Assembly: GCF_001194135.2 (NCBI RefSeq)
Contig: NC_068990.1
Location: 85,224,186 to 85,261,485 of the forward strand
Length of the DNA stretch: 37,300 bases
Source: Octopus bimaculoides
Lineage: Eukaryota
Direction: 5' to 3'
Below, piece by piece: positions 11,825 through 24,605 of this stretch (within the stretch, counting starts at the first letter, position 1; each line of letters begins with the position of its first letter). A program made the translations under genes and the position numbers. Below the pieces are notes generated by a model. It saw only the letters and a list, made by a program, of their open reading frames with translations. It had not been told where the DNA came from and did no database searches.

Positions 11825-12288
11825 TTGTCCACACTTCCCCACCAACATTGCTTGACAATTGATGCTGGTGTGTTTACGTGCCCATAACTTAGCGGTTTGA
11901 CAAAAGAGACCAATAGAATAAATACTAGGCCTACAAAGAATAAGTCCTGGGGTTGATTTGCTAGACTAAAAGCAGTGCTCCAGCATGGCCACAGTCAAAT
12001 NNNNNNNNNNNNNNNNNNNNNNNNNNNNNNNNNNNNNNNNNNNNNNNNNNNNNNNNNNNNNNNNNNNNNNNNNNNNNNNNNNNNNNNNNNNNNNNNNNNN
12101 NNNNNNNNNNNNNNNNNNNNNNNNNNNNNNNNNNNNNNNNNNNNNNNNNNNNNNNNNNNNNNNNNNNNNNNNNNNNNNNNNNNNNNNNNNNNNNNNNNNN
12201 NNNNNNNNNTGGGGTTGATTTGCTAGACTAAAAGCAGTGCTCCAGCATGGCCACAGTCAAATGACTGAAACAGTTAAAAGAGTATAAG
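11628..12288 (+). mobile_element. SINE family C (tRNA head, internal (GT)n, composite 3' part), spanning an assembly gap
   Basis: Box A GTGGCTGTGTGGTAAG, box B GGTTCATTCCC, CCTTGATCAAGTGTCTTC domain, (GT)n, and 3' GTGCTCCAGCATGGCCACAGTCAAATGACTGAAAC. Confidence 0.85.
12001..12209. other. Assembly gap (one of 8: also 17666-17807, 20156-20704, 21810-22048, 28474-28610, 32524-32925, 33363-33534, 35835-35909)
   Basis: N runs. This gap is flanked by the same 53 bp on both sides (11948-12000 = 12210-12262). Confidence 0.99.
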
Positions 12289-13324
12289 ACAACAAGACAT
12301 TTCACACTTATTACTGAGGTAACCTTTTTCTGTCTTCAATGTCACCAATGTCCTTTGTAAAGTTATGAATGTAAAATAGTTTTACTTCTTTTCTCTGCAG
12401 CCAAATCAGTTTTCAATATTAGGTAAAAAGTAAAAAAAAAAAAAATATGAAATTGGTCTTAAACAGCAAGACTAGAACAAAATAGATGATTTAAGCCTTA
12501 CTTTGATGCATTGCAATATTTATAATTAATTATGCTAAATTAAAGAAAATAAGTGTATTTTAAGACCAAACAGTGAGTATTAAATATTGGATCATTTCAG
12601 AACAAAATCTATCTAATACTCATTGTCTACTTATAATATTCTTACTTTTTACTTGTCTAGTCCAATCAACACTGTATACATCACAACATAAGATGAAAAA
12701 TATTTTCTCTTAAAATGTCTGTTTGGTTTCAGACTTGCTGCATAAGATGACAATTTCCTACATTTTATGATAATTCACATAAAATATTTTTGTTTTAATA
12801 CAGAATGATCTGACATAGACAATTTATATCAGATAGATAATACAGTAATACCTCACTTTCTGAGGGCCCACTTTACGAGATCCCAGGTTTACAAGTGTTG
12901 TTTTATAATAAACTTTTCAGGCACAAGATCCAAATTTTGAATAAAGTGCAAAAGTTTCTACTACCATGACAAACGCTTCTGCGTGTTACCGAGAAATTAA
13001 TAGAGAGCGAAAAAAGTTTCCTCTAAGCAAATAACTCTAGACTTGTTTTTCAAAAGGAAATTTACAAGGTCTATGAGTGTTTGTGAATCGGCAATCACAT
13101 CCACAAGTGATAGGGCTGATAAAATACATACTGTTCAAGTACTTGCATCAGTATACACATGCACATACATACATACGTACATACATACATACATACATAC
13201 ATACATGCATACATGCATACATATGTACATTCATGCATACATACATACGTACGTACATACATACATATATATGTGTGTGTGTGCGTGTGTGTGTATAATG
13301 TATGTGCATGTATGTTTTTGTGCT

Positions 13325-13525
13325 TGTCCCTCATCACCTGACAACCAGTGTTGGTTTGTGTATGTGTTTGAAACTTAGAAGCTTGGCCAAAGAGCCTAAT
13401 AAAATAAGTACAAAATTTTTAAAGAAATAAATACTGTGGGTGATTTATTCAATGAAATTCTTCAAGGTGGTGCAATAGCAGGACCACAGTCCAGTGAATG
13501 AAAAATGTAAAAAGTATAAAGACAA
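13325..13525 (+). mobile_element. SINE family C, diverged 3' portion
   Basis: GACAACCAGTGTTGGTTTG...AAAGAGCCTAATAAAATAAGTAC...AGCAGGACCACAGTCCAGTGAATGAAA. Confidence 0.65.
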
Positions 13526-13837
13526 AAGAATATTTGGCTACATGTAGCATCAATAAATAAGATGCCAGTAGCTGACATATCACACATTATACTAACAAAA
13601 TAGCAACTCAGATAGCTGAAACTCTTTTAAGGTGGAGATGTAGGGGAGAAGAAAAGAAAAGAGGAGGAAAACTGGAGACAACTGCATGTAATGATTTTTT
13701 TTATTGGTGCAAAGAAAGCCCTATATTTTTGGAGGAGTACAATCATTTCTCACATTAATTAGCACGAGTAATTATAATGGGCAAAGGTTTAGTTCATTGA
13801 ACTGACCTCTCAAATAAAACATCTGGTACAATTTTAA

Positions 13838-14054
13838 CCATTTAGCATTTAAGCTGACCATATCTGATCCAAATATTTTATCAGTTTTATGTTCGAACCA
13901 GCTCTATTGGACCTCTCACACCTACCCTACAATGTCATTCTAAAAGAAACAATCACATCATTGAAATCTCAAAGGTACAAGATAATGCATGATTAATTCA
14001 AAGCAATGTGAATAAACAAACATTACATTTGAGAGTGATTTGAATGCTAAAGGG
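13838..14054. mobile_element. piggyBac-type MITE
   Basis: TTAA at 13834-13837 and 14055-14058 flank TIRs CCATTTAGCATT / AATGCTAAAGGG. Confidence 0.85.
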
Positions 14055-14908
14055 TTAATTGACCCCAGAGAGAAGAAAATAACAGTCAACCCATTTCAGG
14101 ATTTGTATTTAGAGTGTAAAGAATAGTAACCAATATTCAAGACAGTTCTTACAAGTCTATGTCCTTAAGCTTTTTATAGACGCATTTCTAACATTTGAGC
14201 TGCTTATATTTTCAATTAATTTTCAAAATAATCATGGATATGGAGTGAGTGATAGCATTTTAATTTACTACTTGTTCAGCTCAAGTAATTTATTACTTGT
14301 CACATCCAGTAGACCATTGATCAAAAATGTTCAAAATATGACCATCCTATTTCTTTACAGACATAAATGTAATGGATCCATTTTCCCCACTTAAAGACAA
14401 TGTGATTTAAAGGTTTGGCTACTATTTCTAGTTGGCTGTTATACCACATAGAGAATTCTTTGTTAACTCATTATTTATTGATGTATTAAACTGGCATTTG
14501 GAACGTAACCAAAAAACTAATGTTTACTTACAGAAAGCTCACATCATCATATTTGCATTAAAAATATTTTGATCAAGATTTCAGTTTGAATATGAAAATC
14601 TTAATATGGGTGGTTTCACAGTTTGTTAATATCAAACCAGAAGCAGACTCGGGAAGGGAAGGGCATTATTGAAAGAATTAATATACTATATATTTTATTT
14701 AATACTGCAATATAAAAGAGATTAACAAACTTGTTGTCAGGTGTAAAGGAAGAAGAGGTCTTAAAAAACAACAGTCAAGTTAGGAGAACAAGCTTTAAAT
14801 GTCATTCCAGCATTAGTTATGTCTTGTAAGTGAAACTGCTGTTTTACATGGCGAGTGATGTAGTTACTAATAATATAATGTATACTGGGTTAAATATAAT
14901 AGAAAATA

Positions 14909-15230
14909 AGCTTTAGATTGTAGTGGGTGGAGTTTGATATCATGATGGGAGGAGCTCTGTGATTGTATTGGGTGGACCTATTGGACTGTAAAGGGTGAAA
15001 GCTTTTACATTGTATTGGGAATGTTTGATATTGAGATGGGAAGAGCTCTCAGATGGATTTAGAGGGTGGCGCATTTGGATTATACAAGGGAGCTTGCTTT
15101 TATGATGGGAGAAGTTTTGTGGGTGTAGTGGGTAGTCCAATTGGATTGTAGATGATGGAGACCTTTTGCTAGATAGGGTGGAGATTGGCATTGCAATGAG
15201 AAGAGCCCTTGGATTCTATTGGGTGGAGTT
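14909..15230 (+). repeat. Degenerate minisatellite, about 22-23-bp unit, about 14 copies
   Basis: Units such as AGCTTTAGATTGTAGTGGGTGG, AGCTCTGTGATTGTATTGGGTGG and AGCCCTTGGATTCTATTGGGTGG. Confidence 0.65.
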
Positions 15231-15687
15231 TTTAGAGTGAAGTAGAGAGAGATTTTGATTTATCGGGAATGACGGTTAGGAATTGTGTTGTAATAGGTAG
15301 AGTTTTGTGAATGCTGTAATTGGAGCCCCTCATTATAACTCATTTTTTTCAATAGTGCAGGAAAAGAAGTCTTTACTATGATCAAAATTGCCATTGTCAT
15401 CATTGTTGTCATTGTTATTGTCATCGTCATCACTAGCAGGTTCATAACAGTAGTAATAATAGTAATGAGTATGTGTGCATATTCATAGAAAATTATCTTT
15501 GCCTGGAATGCAAATTTCACCTGGAGGTATATCCAACAAGTAACTAGATGAATAAACTGGTCAGGTAAAAACTTAAAGTCTTAGCAGTCAAAATGAGTTT
15601 TATAAAATTTGGCTCTGCCTTTTGTATTGAGTCTTACTATCAATAAATCTTTGTTATATTTAAAAACAAACACAAGCACATGCACAT

Positions 15688-15761
<74 letters not shown>

Positions 15762-18039
15762 ACACACATGCATTTAGCAGGTGTAGGTTTCTGCTAACCA
15801 AACTAACTCACACATTATTAATTGGACCGGGGGCTATAAAAGATGGCTCTTATTGAAGGTGTTGCAGATTAGGATTAAACCTGAAACCACATGCTTTTCT
15901 GAACTAAATTTAATGGTAAATTACTGGTTCAGAAGTGTAGGAGCTGGAGTACTGGCAGCAGAAGAAGCAGGAGGAGGTTATATAATATGCCAGTGGGACT
16001 GCAAGTTTCAGTGAATGGAGCTTATAGATACATAAAGAAATTTACTAAGATTATTTTGGGGGAATAATCTTCAAGAGTTATGTAATATGAATATTAATGC
16101 ACTTATTTCTGTTATGGCTTTTAGATTTGCTAATCTGTTGAATGACAGAGTATCTGCTGTTATTGTTGTTTTTTATTGTTATTGTAATTGTTGTTCAGTT
16201 CCAGGTTGACCCTGATCCCAGCAGGCCCTATTGTGATCAAAGGCAAGCCAACAATGAGCATTCTGTCTTATTTTTAGCAATAGTGTGCCTTGAATAGCTT
16301 AAACTGTATTAGCCATTATTAGACAGACATTTAAAGGGGCTTTAAGTCGCTATTTTTCATAGGTTAAGCAATTACCTAGAGGCTCCCTCATCTGCTGGTA
16401 TTGTTTAATCTCAAGATAGCCTTTACTTATCAGACCAATATGAGACATTCTTGCTACGGTCATCTCATTCTTTTACTGGGCATTACATATCTAGGAGTAC
16501 ATTAATCAATGTGTCCCTCTTTTACGAGGTGGTGGGACAGAAGAGTGTAATTTGTGGGAGATTTAATGAAGTTGAGATCCAGGTACAATTGGTGGAGTGT
16601 GATACAGAATATCTGAATTATATTGGTGGATGTGAGTCATAAATGATTTCAATCTGTCAAGAACCAATGGTTAGATTTTGGCAAAGGTACACGAGAACTT
16701 TTACTGGATTTACCTTTTGACTGACTGATTAAAACATTTTGGACCAACAAAGAAAGACAAATTTAAAAAATGAGATTTAATTGCTAGCATTTAACCTACA
16801 ACTTCAAAATTTCAAATTACAATTTTGGAAATGATAGTAGGTGTGATGGGAAGAAGAGAAACTAGAATTCACTAGTGTTTTTTTTTTTCTTTTAATAAGT
16901 CATTTGGAAGGAGATGGGCCTCCAAGACTGATGTAGTTGATGTTTAGCAGGTTTGTAGGTCAATGTTGCAGGACAAATGTAGGCAAAGAAGAAATGCCAG
17001 ATGGTTTCATTTCTGGGGAGGAAAGACTAAAGAGAAAAGTGTGTTGAGTTTTATAACAGAGGATATGGACAGCCACAAGTATTTAAGCCACCAGCAACCA
17101 ATTTACAGTTAAGCTGTTAGAGCAGAGCTACCAGGAGCTATTCAATAACAGCAATAACAAGAATAACGACAACTACAACAACAAGGCTCAACAACTTAAT
17201 TAGAAGACAAATTCTGGGTAGAAGGGATAATGAAAATATTTATGTTGTTGACTGGCTGACCTGGGGTTCTCGGCAGGAAGATGGAAAATGAAAGCCATGA
17301 AAGAGGAGCAGATGAATGAAGTGAGGGGAACTTAAGATTTCTGGGCAATATAGTGGGAGACCATAAATGTTTGGCCAATCCACTGGTGCAGTGTAATTGC
17401 TTGAAACCATTATATTAAAGATGAACCGATTGCTATGCCACCTCCAATGCTTCCACCACCATTATCCCGCTCCCGCTTACACACACACACACCAACACCC
17501 ATTACTATCATCATTACCCCTACCCCGTCACCACCACCACCACCAATACCACCACCACCGCCACCGCTGCCGCCGCCACTACCACCACCGCCACCACCAC
17601 AAACACTGTTACTGCAATCAAACATCACTACTATCACCATCACACCCCCTACCTCATTCACCATTNNNNNNNNNNNNNNNNNNNNNNNNNNNNNNNNNNN
17701 NNNNNNNNNNNNNNNNNNNNNNNNNNNNNNNNNNNNNNNNNNNNNNNNNNNNNNNNNNNNNNNNNNNNNNNNNNNNNNNNNNNNNNNNNNNNNNNNNNNN
17801 NNNNNNNTCATCATTACCCCTACCCCGTCACCACCACCACCACCAATACCACCACCACCGCCACCGCTGCCGCCGCCACTACCACCACCGCCACCACTTC
17901 TTGGAGCAGTATTCTATGACTGGATGGTTTTCTCGGTGCCAACCCTTGTTTTCAAGTTTGGTGCTTTCTTGCATAGATTTGCAACATGGAACTGCTGTGC
18001 TACATGATGCTTCATTTATGAGTATATATATTCTTTTTT

Positions 18040-18248
18040 TTATTCTTTTACCTGTTTCAGTCATTTGACTGTGGCCATGCTGGTGCACCACTTTTAGTCG
18101 AGCAAATCGCTCCCCAGGACTTATTCTTTGTAAACCTAGTACTTATTCTATCAGTCTCTTTTGCTGAACTGCTAAGTTACAGGGATGTAAATACACCAAC
18201 ATCGGTTGTCAAGCGATGGCAGAGGGGACAAACACAGACACAAATAAC

Positions 18249-18314
<66 letters not shown>

Positions 18315-18352
18315 GACAGGCTCCTTTCAGTTTCCGTCAAGCAAATCCAATC
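18040..18352 (-). mobile_element. SINE family C, 3' portion
   Basis: Reverse complement of 11760-12285 (GTTTCAGTCATTTGACTGTGGCCATGCTGG...(CA)n..CAGTTTCCGTC). Confidence 0.85.
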
Positions 18353-18666
18353 AGGGGCCATATAAGATTTTTGGGGTCCACACAGCAAAACAGTAAATTG
18401 AGGGGTCCACAATAGTATTTTAAGGGCCCCTGAAAAAATTTTGCTTTAGATGTATGTATTGGTATTATTGCAAGTAAAAGCTAAGTTTCTTTCTCAAATA
18501 TTTTACATGGTTCAATCTATACAAGTTAAAGCGCGAAAACCAAATTAGGAATTTTGAAAGAAGTTTCTATAAACTAGGTTTTAAACATTGAATAGCTATG
18601 GGGGTTCACCAAAATTTAAATAGTAACCAAAGGGGTCCATAGAGGTAAAATGGTCGAGAATCCCTG
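18353..18666. mobile_element. hAT-like MITE fragment
   Basis: Right end AAAGGGGTCCATAGAGGTAAAATGGTCGAGAATCCCTG resembles hAT termini (GGTTGAGAACCACTG); internal GGGGTCCA repeats; left TIR not intact. Confidence 0.55.
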
Positions 18667-19739
18667 GTCTAACCCATGCCAGCATGGAAAGTGGATATTA
18701 AACAATGTATGTACGTATGTATGTCACCAGCAGATTTTTCAAATAGTAGTGCTTGATTTGAAGGGAATTTGGTTATCAATTTTAAGAGGTCTAGCAACCA
18801 AGTAAGGCCTTTCAGCTAGTGTACAACTCTATTCTCCCTTTATTCTCCTTCTGTGTGTTTGTGTATATCTATATCTATATGTTTATGTGTGTTGGGTATA
18901 TACATGCAGTGCCCTGTGAGCCTTATCTTTAACCCCAAGATAAATCAACAATGCACAAAGAATAGTACCAAATTTGGTAATACAACGTGAATAGTTAAAT
19001 AAAAGGAATTCTAAAAATGCAACAGAAGCAATACAACAAAAAAGATTAAGCTTAATAACTGGTAGGCTCAAGCATATACAGTATCTCATGTATGTGTGTG
19101 TGTATATGTATATGTTTGTATATATGTGTGTATATATATATAATATATATATATAATATATACATGCACATATACATGCATATATGTATATATATACACA
19201 CACACAAACACACACAAAAACACACACACACACAAACACACACACAAACACACACGCACACACACATACACACACAGACACACACACACAGACAAACACA
19301 AACGTATACATGCATACACGCTATCCACCAACATCCTCTTATTTCTTTTCTCCTACACATCCTGGGTTTCTGTTCATTTCTGTCATTGCTCTACTCCCTG
19401 GGTCCTTGCCATCTCAACCATTGTCTCGAATATATGTTCCTATCCCAGCACGCTGAGCACTCTTAGCATTAATCTCATTCTCATACATCACTCTCATCAC
19501 TATCATTCATGTCTCTATCACTCAGGTTTCTCACTCTGTGAAGAGGTGTCATGAAGAAATAGAGACATGGCATTATGAGATCTGTTTAGTCTTGTCAAGG
19601 ACATGGCTACTCCTCTAGTGCAGGTGTCATGAAAAATGCATCCAACACGTTCCATAAATTGGTTGGTGTTAGGAAGAGCATCCAGCCATAGTAACCTGGC
19701 CAAAAGGAAATGCAAGTGAGATAATTTGCCCTTGATTTG

Positions 19740-20048
19740 GGTAGATGAACAATTCGTTAACAGACAATTGGCCGACAGACAATTGGATGATAGACAATTG
19801 GCTGATAGACAATTGGCCGACAGACAATTGGCTGATAGACAATTGGCTGATAAACAATTGGCTGATAGACAACTTACAGACAGGGCAATTGTCTGGCATG
19901 GTGCAGAGTCCTGTTGCCAGACACAGGGTGTTCCAGCAGTTCCCTCTTGACCCAGGGCAGCACAACCTCCTCCAGGTATTTGATGTAGGCCTCCATGTTG
20001 AGTCTGAGGCCATGTTGGAATTGTCTGTCGATGAATTGTCTGCACAAG
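19740..20048. mobile_element. Foldback/Mutator-like non-autonomous element with 15-bp tandem-unit arms and 9-bp TSD
   Basis: TSD CTTGATTTG at 19731-19739 and 20049-20057. The left arm is about 9 units of A(C/T)AGACAATTGG(C/A)(T/C)G; inverted units lie at 19885-19894 and 20017-20043. Confidence 0.65.
19894..20016 (-). pseudogene. Tc1-like transposase fragment carried inside the 19740-20048 element
   Basis: FQHGLRLNMEAYIKYLEEVVLPWVKR, then after a frameshift GTAGTPCVWQQDSAPC (QQD second catalytic Asp motif). Confidence 0.8.
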
Positions 20049-20121
20049 CTTGATTTGTTGAGGTGAACAGACCCATCCAACCCATACCAGCATAAATGAC
20101 AGATGTAAAACAACTGCGGTA

Positions 20122-20155
<34 letters not shown>

Positions 20156-20770
20156 NNNNNNNNNNNNNNNNNNNNNNNNNNNNNNNNNNNNNNNNNNNNN
20201 NNNNNNNNNNNNNNNNNNNNNNNNNNNNNNNNNNNNNNNNNNNNNNNNNNNNNNNNNNNNNNNNNNNNNNNNNNNNNNNNNNNNNNNNNNNNNNNNNNNN
20301 NNNNNNNNNNNNNNNNNNNNNNNNNNNNNNNNNNNNNNNNNNNNNNNNNNNNNNNNNNNNNNNNNNNNNNNNNNNNNNNNNNNNNNNNNNNNNNNNNNNN
20401 NNNNNNNNNNNNNNNNNNNNNNNNNNNNNNNNNNNNNNNNNNNNNNNNNNNNNNNNNNNNNNNNNNNNNNNNNNNNNNNNNNNNNNNNNNNNNNNNNNNN
20501 NNNNNNNNNNNNNNNNNNNNNNNNNNNNNNNNNNNNNNNNNNNNNNNNNNNNNNNNNNNNNNNNNNNNNNNNNNNNNNNNNNNNNNNNNNNNNNNNNNNN
20601 NNNNNNNNNNNNNNNNNNNNNNNNNNNNNNNNNNNNNNNNNNNNNNNNNNNNNNNNNNNNNNNNNNNNNNNNNNNNNNNNNNNNNNNNNNNNNNNNNNNN
20701 NNNNATATATATATATATATGTATATGTATATATGTGTGAGTGTGTGTGTGTGTGTATATCCATATGTGC

Positions 20771-20804
<34 letters not shown>

Positions 20805-21651
20805 GTATATATGTATATATATAAACTAATAACATGGTGTATATGGTGCTAGTGACAAAGCAGAGTTTATTTACTGTTCTGTGTTTCAGTTTCTAAAACC
20901 CTTTGGGATTGATAAAAATGTCTCTTTGATAAAACGAAACCAAGTTCTTCAATTGACTCCCTTTTTCCTTAAAAATAGTTTCGTTGGAAGTTTGGAAATG
21001 GCATTAAACAGTAAAATGCATGTTGCTTTTAATATCATGTCCTTGAAGAGGTTCATGGTGGTGGTGATTATAGTAGCTGGTGTTTGTTAGGCAATGGTGG
21101 TGGCTTTGGTGGTGGTGGCTTTGGTAGCAGTAATAAAGGTGGTGGTGGTGGTGGAAGTGGTGATTGTTTGTTTAGCACATATTTATCCATGCTTGCATAA
21201 TTGTTGTTGCTGTTGTTGTTGTTGTTGGTGGTGGTGGTAGTTAGCTGGAATCCAGCCCTGATGGAGTCAGCCTATGACAAAAAGCATCCAAGTTGCAATA
21301 ATCCCCACTTGTTTTCTCAGAACTGCTGTATTTAGGACATCATTATCCAATGTGTCTTCTTTCTTCTTTTACATTTGTTGGGTGAGATTTTACGGTGATT
21401 GGACTGTTGTTTCTAGGTCGTTTTTCCCTCTTGCTCCCTTAATACAATTATATAATTATATACATATATATATATAATTATTAATCTAATGTAAAAATTA
21501 CCAAATATATTTTTATTGCATGCTGACTACCTGATAAAAATCCTTAACGTGATCATATCCTTATATTCTATTATATATACTAATACATCCTTTTGTTATT
21601 TACACCACCTGTCCTCGTCTGTTGTTGTTTTTTCGTACATTCTCCCATATA

Positions 21652-21683
<32 letters not shown>

Positions 21684-21698
21684 CATATATATATATAC

Positions 21699-21729
<31 letters not shown>

Positions 21730-22321
21730 CAAGTAATCAACATAAGAATTTATTAAACAAAGTTCAATAAATTTCATCAAATAAATGAAATGAAGCAGAT
21801 TAGATGTTANNNNNNNNNNNNNNNNNNNNNNNNNNNNNNNNNNNNNNNNNNNNNNNNNNNNNNNNNNNNNNNNNNNNNNNNNNNNNNNNNNNNNNNNNNN
21901 NNNNNNNNNNNNNNNNNNNNNNNNNNNNNNNNNNNNNNNNNNNNNNNNNNNNNNNNNNNNNNNNNNNNNNNNNNNNNNNNNNNNNNNNNNNNNNNNNNNN
22001 NNNNNNNNNNNNNNNNNNNNNNNNNNNNNNNNNNNNNNNNNNNNNNNNATATTAGGGAATAAAAATTTATTCCAACCTTACAAGCAAAAATCGGAATAAT
22101 ATTACACCGGGGTTTCCTAATATATGATATATATGTATATAACTAATTTAGAGATGAACCTCCACTCTACAACTCAGTCAACTCAGAGCCCGTCCAAATC
22201 CATGCTGTGAGGCATATACCATCTTAATATATCTAAGATTTTAATCTAAAATTTAAATTAAATAATATATTACGTAAATCAATCATATAAATCATATAAA
22301 TAAATCATAGAAATATTAATT

Positions 22322-22640
22322 TCATCATCATCTTCATCGTTGTTTAACATCCGAATTCCATGCATGCATGGGTAGGACAGTTGACAAGAGCTGGCTAGGT
22401 GGAAGACTACCCCAGCCAACTGTATCTGTTTTGGTAGGGTTAAGGTTAGTGTTAGGGTTAGGGTTAGTGTTAGGGTTAGGGTTAGTGTTAGGGTTAAGGT
22501 TTTTATTGTTGGATGCCCTTCCTGACACTAATCACTCTGCAGAGTGGACTCAGTGCTTTTTATGTGGCATTAGCACTGGCAAGGTCAGTTTTGGCATGGT
22601 TTTACAGCTGGATGCCCTTCCAAATGCCAACCATTTTACA
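22322..22640 (-). mobile_element. SINE family A, diverged copy containing a TTAGGG-type array
   Basis: CATCATC..CGTTGTTTAACATCCG..CCATGCATGCATGGGTAGGAC...GGATGCCCTTCC. Confidence 0.75.
22435..22501 (+). repeat. Telomere-type hexamer array, 11 in-register units
   Basis: TAGGGT x6, TAGTGT x3, TAAGGT x2. Confidence 0.9.
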
Positions 22641-23186
22641 GTGCTACAATAAACTAAAATGCAGACAGAGTGACACAGTAGCTCACAGTTGTTGGTAGTG
22701 GGAGCATAAGAAAACTGATGAATATCTTGTTAGTTTGCAAAACAGAATTCAAGATTCTTCCTTACGGTAGAATGTTAAATTCTATATTGCAAGCTAAAAT
22801 GGTGATGAATGAAATCTGTTAGAATATTTTACTCAAAAATGAATTCATGAAGATGAAGACTTTGGTAATTTTCCATTCGACACTCAACACTAAAGGTTGA
22901 ATCATTAACGAGCTTTCTTAATAAACGTAGATCTTCCAGAAGATTTTGTCTATTAAGCGGTATCAAAATTTTGGCCTACATCATTTTTATATATGTACGT
23001 ATGTATGAATGGGTGAATGCATGTATGAATGCTCTATATATATATATATATATATGAGTATGTATGCATTTACATATGCTTGTATATATGTATACATGTA
23101 CATTACATAGGCATATATTTGTATAAATATATATGCCCGTATATATTTGTATGTATCTATCTGTCTGTCCCTATACAGACATATAC

Positions 23187-23420
23187 CATCAACATCATCA
23201 TCATCGTCGTTTAACATCCGTTTTCTATGCTGGCATGGGTTGGACAGTTTGACTGATGTCTGAAGAGTCAACGGCTGCACCAGGCTCCAATCTGATCTGG
23301 CAGAGTTTCTACAGCTAGATGCCTTTCCTAATGCCAACCACTCCGAGAGTGTAGTTGGTGCTTTTTATGTGCCACCAGCACAGCAGCCAGTCAGGGGTCC
23401 TGGCATCGGCCCCGTTTGGA
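23187..23420 (-). mobile_element. SINE family A copy
   Basis: Homologous to 5551-5726 and extending further 5'. Confidence 0.85.
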
Positions 23421-23866
23421 TGGGGCTTTGTACACATACACACACACATAAATATCAAATATTAGGGTATCTATGTATTTGTCGTAATTTCTTTTTTTTT
23501 TCCTTAGAGACAACTGTTTGTGGGTTCCATTTTAAGAACACCGTCTTTTCTCTCTTTTTCTTTCCTTAGACTTTTTTCTCCTGTGTCTGTTAAATGTTAT
23601 AAAATTATCATATCAAAAATAATAGCATCATAACGCAGCACTGCAGTGATTACATAGCTATGACACAGAGAAGTGGGTGGAGGTTTGTTTTCATAAGGAG
23701 ACAGCATTTTGTCCTAACCATGACATACATATATAATAAATATATATCTATATGTATATGTGTGCACGTACATATATATATGTATGTGTAAATATATATA
23801 TATGTATGTATATGTATATATATGTGTGTGTGTGTTTGTATATATATATATATAGTCATATTCCCT

Positions 23867-23948
<82 letters not shown>

Positions 23949-24068
23949 AGGGAAAATGACTTGAGGAAAGTATAAAATAAACAACTGTTTTCTTTAGCTT
24001 ATATCAAGCAGCTGTGAAAAGATTTTGAAGTTTCTAGAAGTTTAAGATAGTGGAAGCTAAATATGTTA

Positions 24069-24101
<33 letters not shown>

Positions 24102-24294
24102 TGAACATGTGTAGATTTCTTAATATAAAAGAATGTTTGTGTAAATCTATTTTTGAATATATTTAAAATATAGAAAGTATGTTTAATGGGAGCAATTGAG
24201 CAAAATGGAGCTATGTAAATGAACGCATAGACATATGTTACATGCACATATATATGTGTGTGTGTGTGTATGTGTGTGTGTGCGTGCATATATA

Positions 24295-24354
<60 letters not shown>

Positions 24355-24399
24355 TACATGTATGTATGCGGACATATATGTGAATTTCATGGAAAAATT

Positions 24400-24605
24400 G
24401 TTTCAAAGCACAAGGCCAGCAGTTATGAGGGGAAGGGTTTAGTTTAGTTTATATCATCAACCGTCGTACTTGACTGAAATTTTATTTTATTAACCCTGGA
24501 GGGACGAAGAGCAAAATTACACTTTGTGAGATTTGAACTCAGAGTCTAAAGAACTGGATCATTTTTCTTATATGTTCTAATAATTCTCCTAATCCACTGC
24601 CTTAT
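24400..24605 (-). mobile_element. Old SINE related to family B
   Basis: CAAGGCCAGCAGTT..GGGGAAGGG...TTTTATTAACCC..GGGACGAAGAGCAAA..GATTTGAACTCAGA..CCACTGCCTT. Confidence 0.6.

Larger units (their letters stand above)
19620..20155 (+). mobile_element. Diverged SINE family A copy split by the 19740-20048 insertion
   Basis: TTGGTTGGTGTTAGGAAGAGCATCCAGCC lies left of the insert; CCATCCAACCCATACCAGCAT..(GAT)n tail lies right of it. Confidence 0.6.

Noticed and set aside
11948-12262. 53-bp direct repeat around the first gap
   Set aside because: Unmerged contig overlap inside one SINE; the true gap is probably negative.
17508-17897. 90-bp perfect direct repeat (17508-17597 = 17808-17897)
   Set aside because: It flanks an N-gap and the two copies continue differently. 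Most likely two haplotypes or overlapping contigs rather than a real duplication; needs long reads.
17397-18068. Proline- or histidine-rich ORFs (formin/extensin-like)
   Set aside because: (ACC/CCG)n low-complexity DNA read across a gap; open in several frames on both strands, with no domain.
19745-19879. 15-bp array as a CRISPR-like locus
   Set aside because: Units are contiguous with no unique spacers, in a eukaryotic context with no cas genes.
19726-19950. ORF with (DRQLA)n pentapeptide repeats, and the (SANCL)n and (SISQL)n ORFs in other frames
   Set aside because: A by-product of the 15-bp tandem unit being open in several frames; it lies in a transposon arm, with no splice or codon evidence.
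21380-21460. Minus-strand CTAGAAACAACAGTC resembling the 3' half of a third hammerhead
   Set aside because: No CUGANGA core and no stem I partner; at best a dead remnant.
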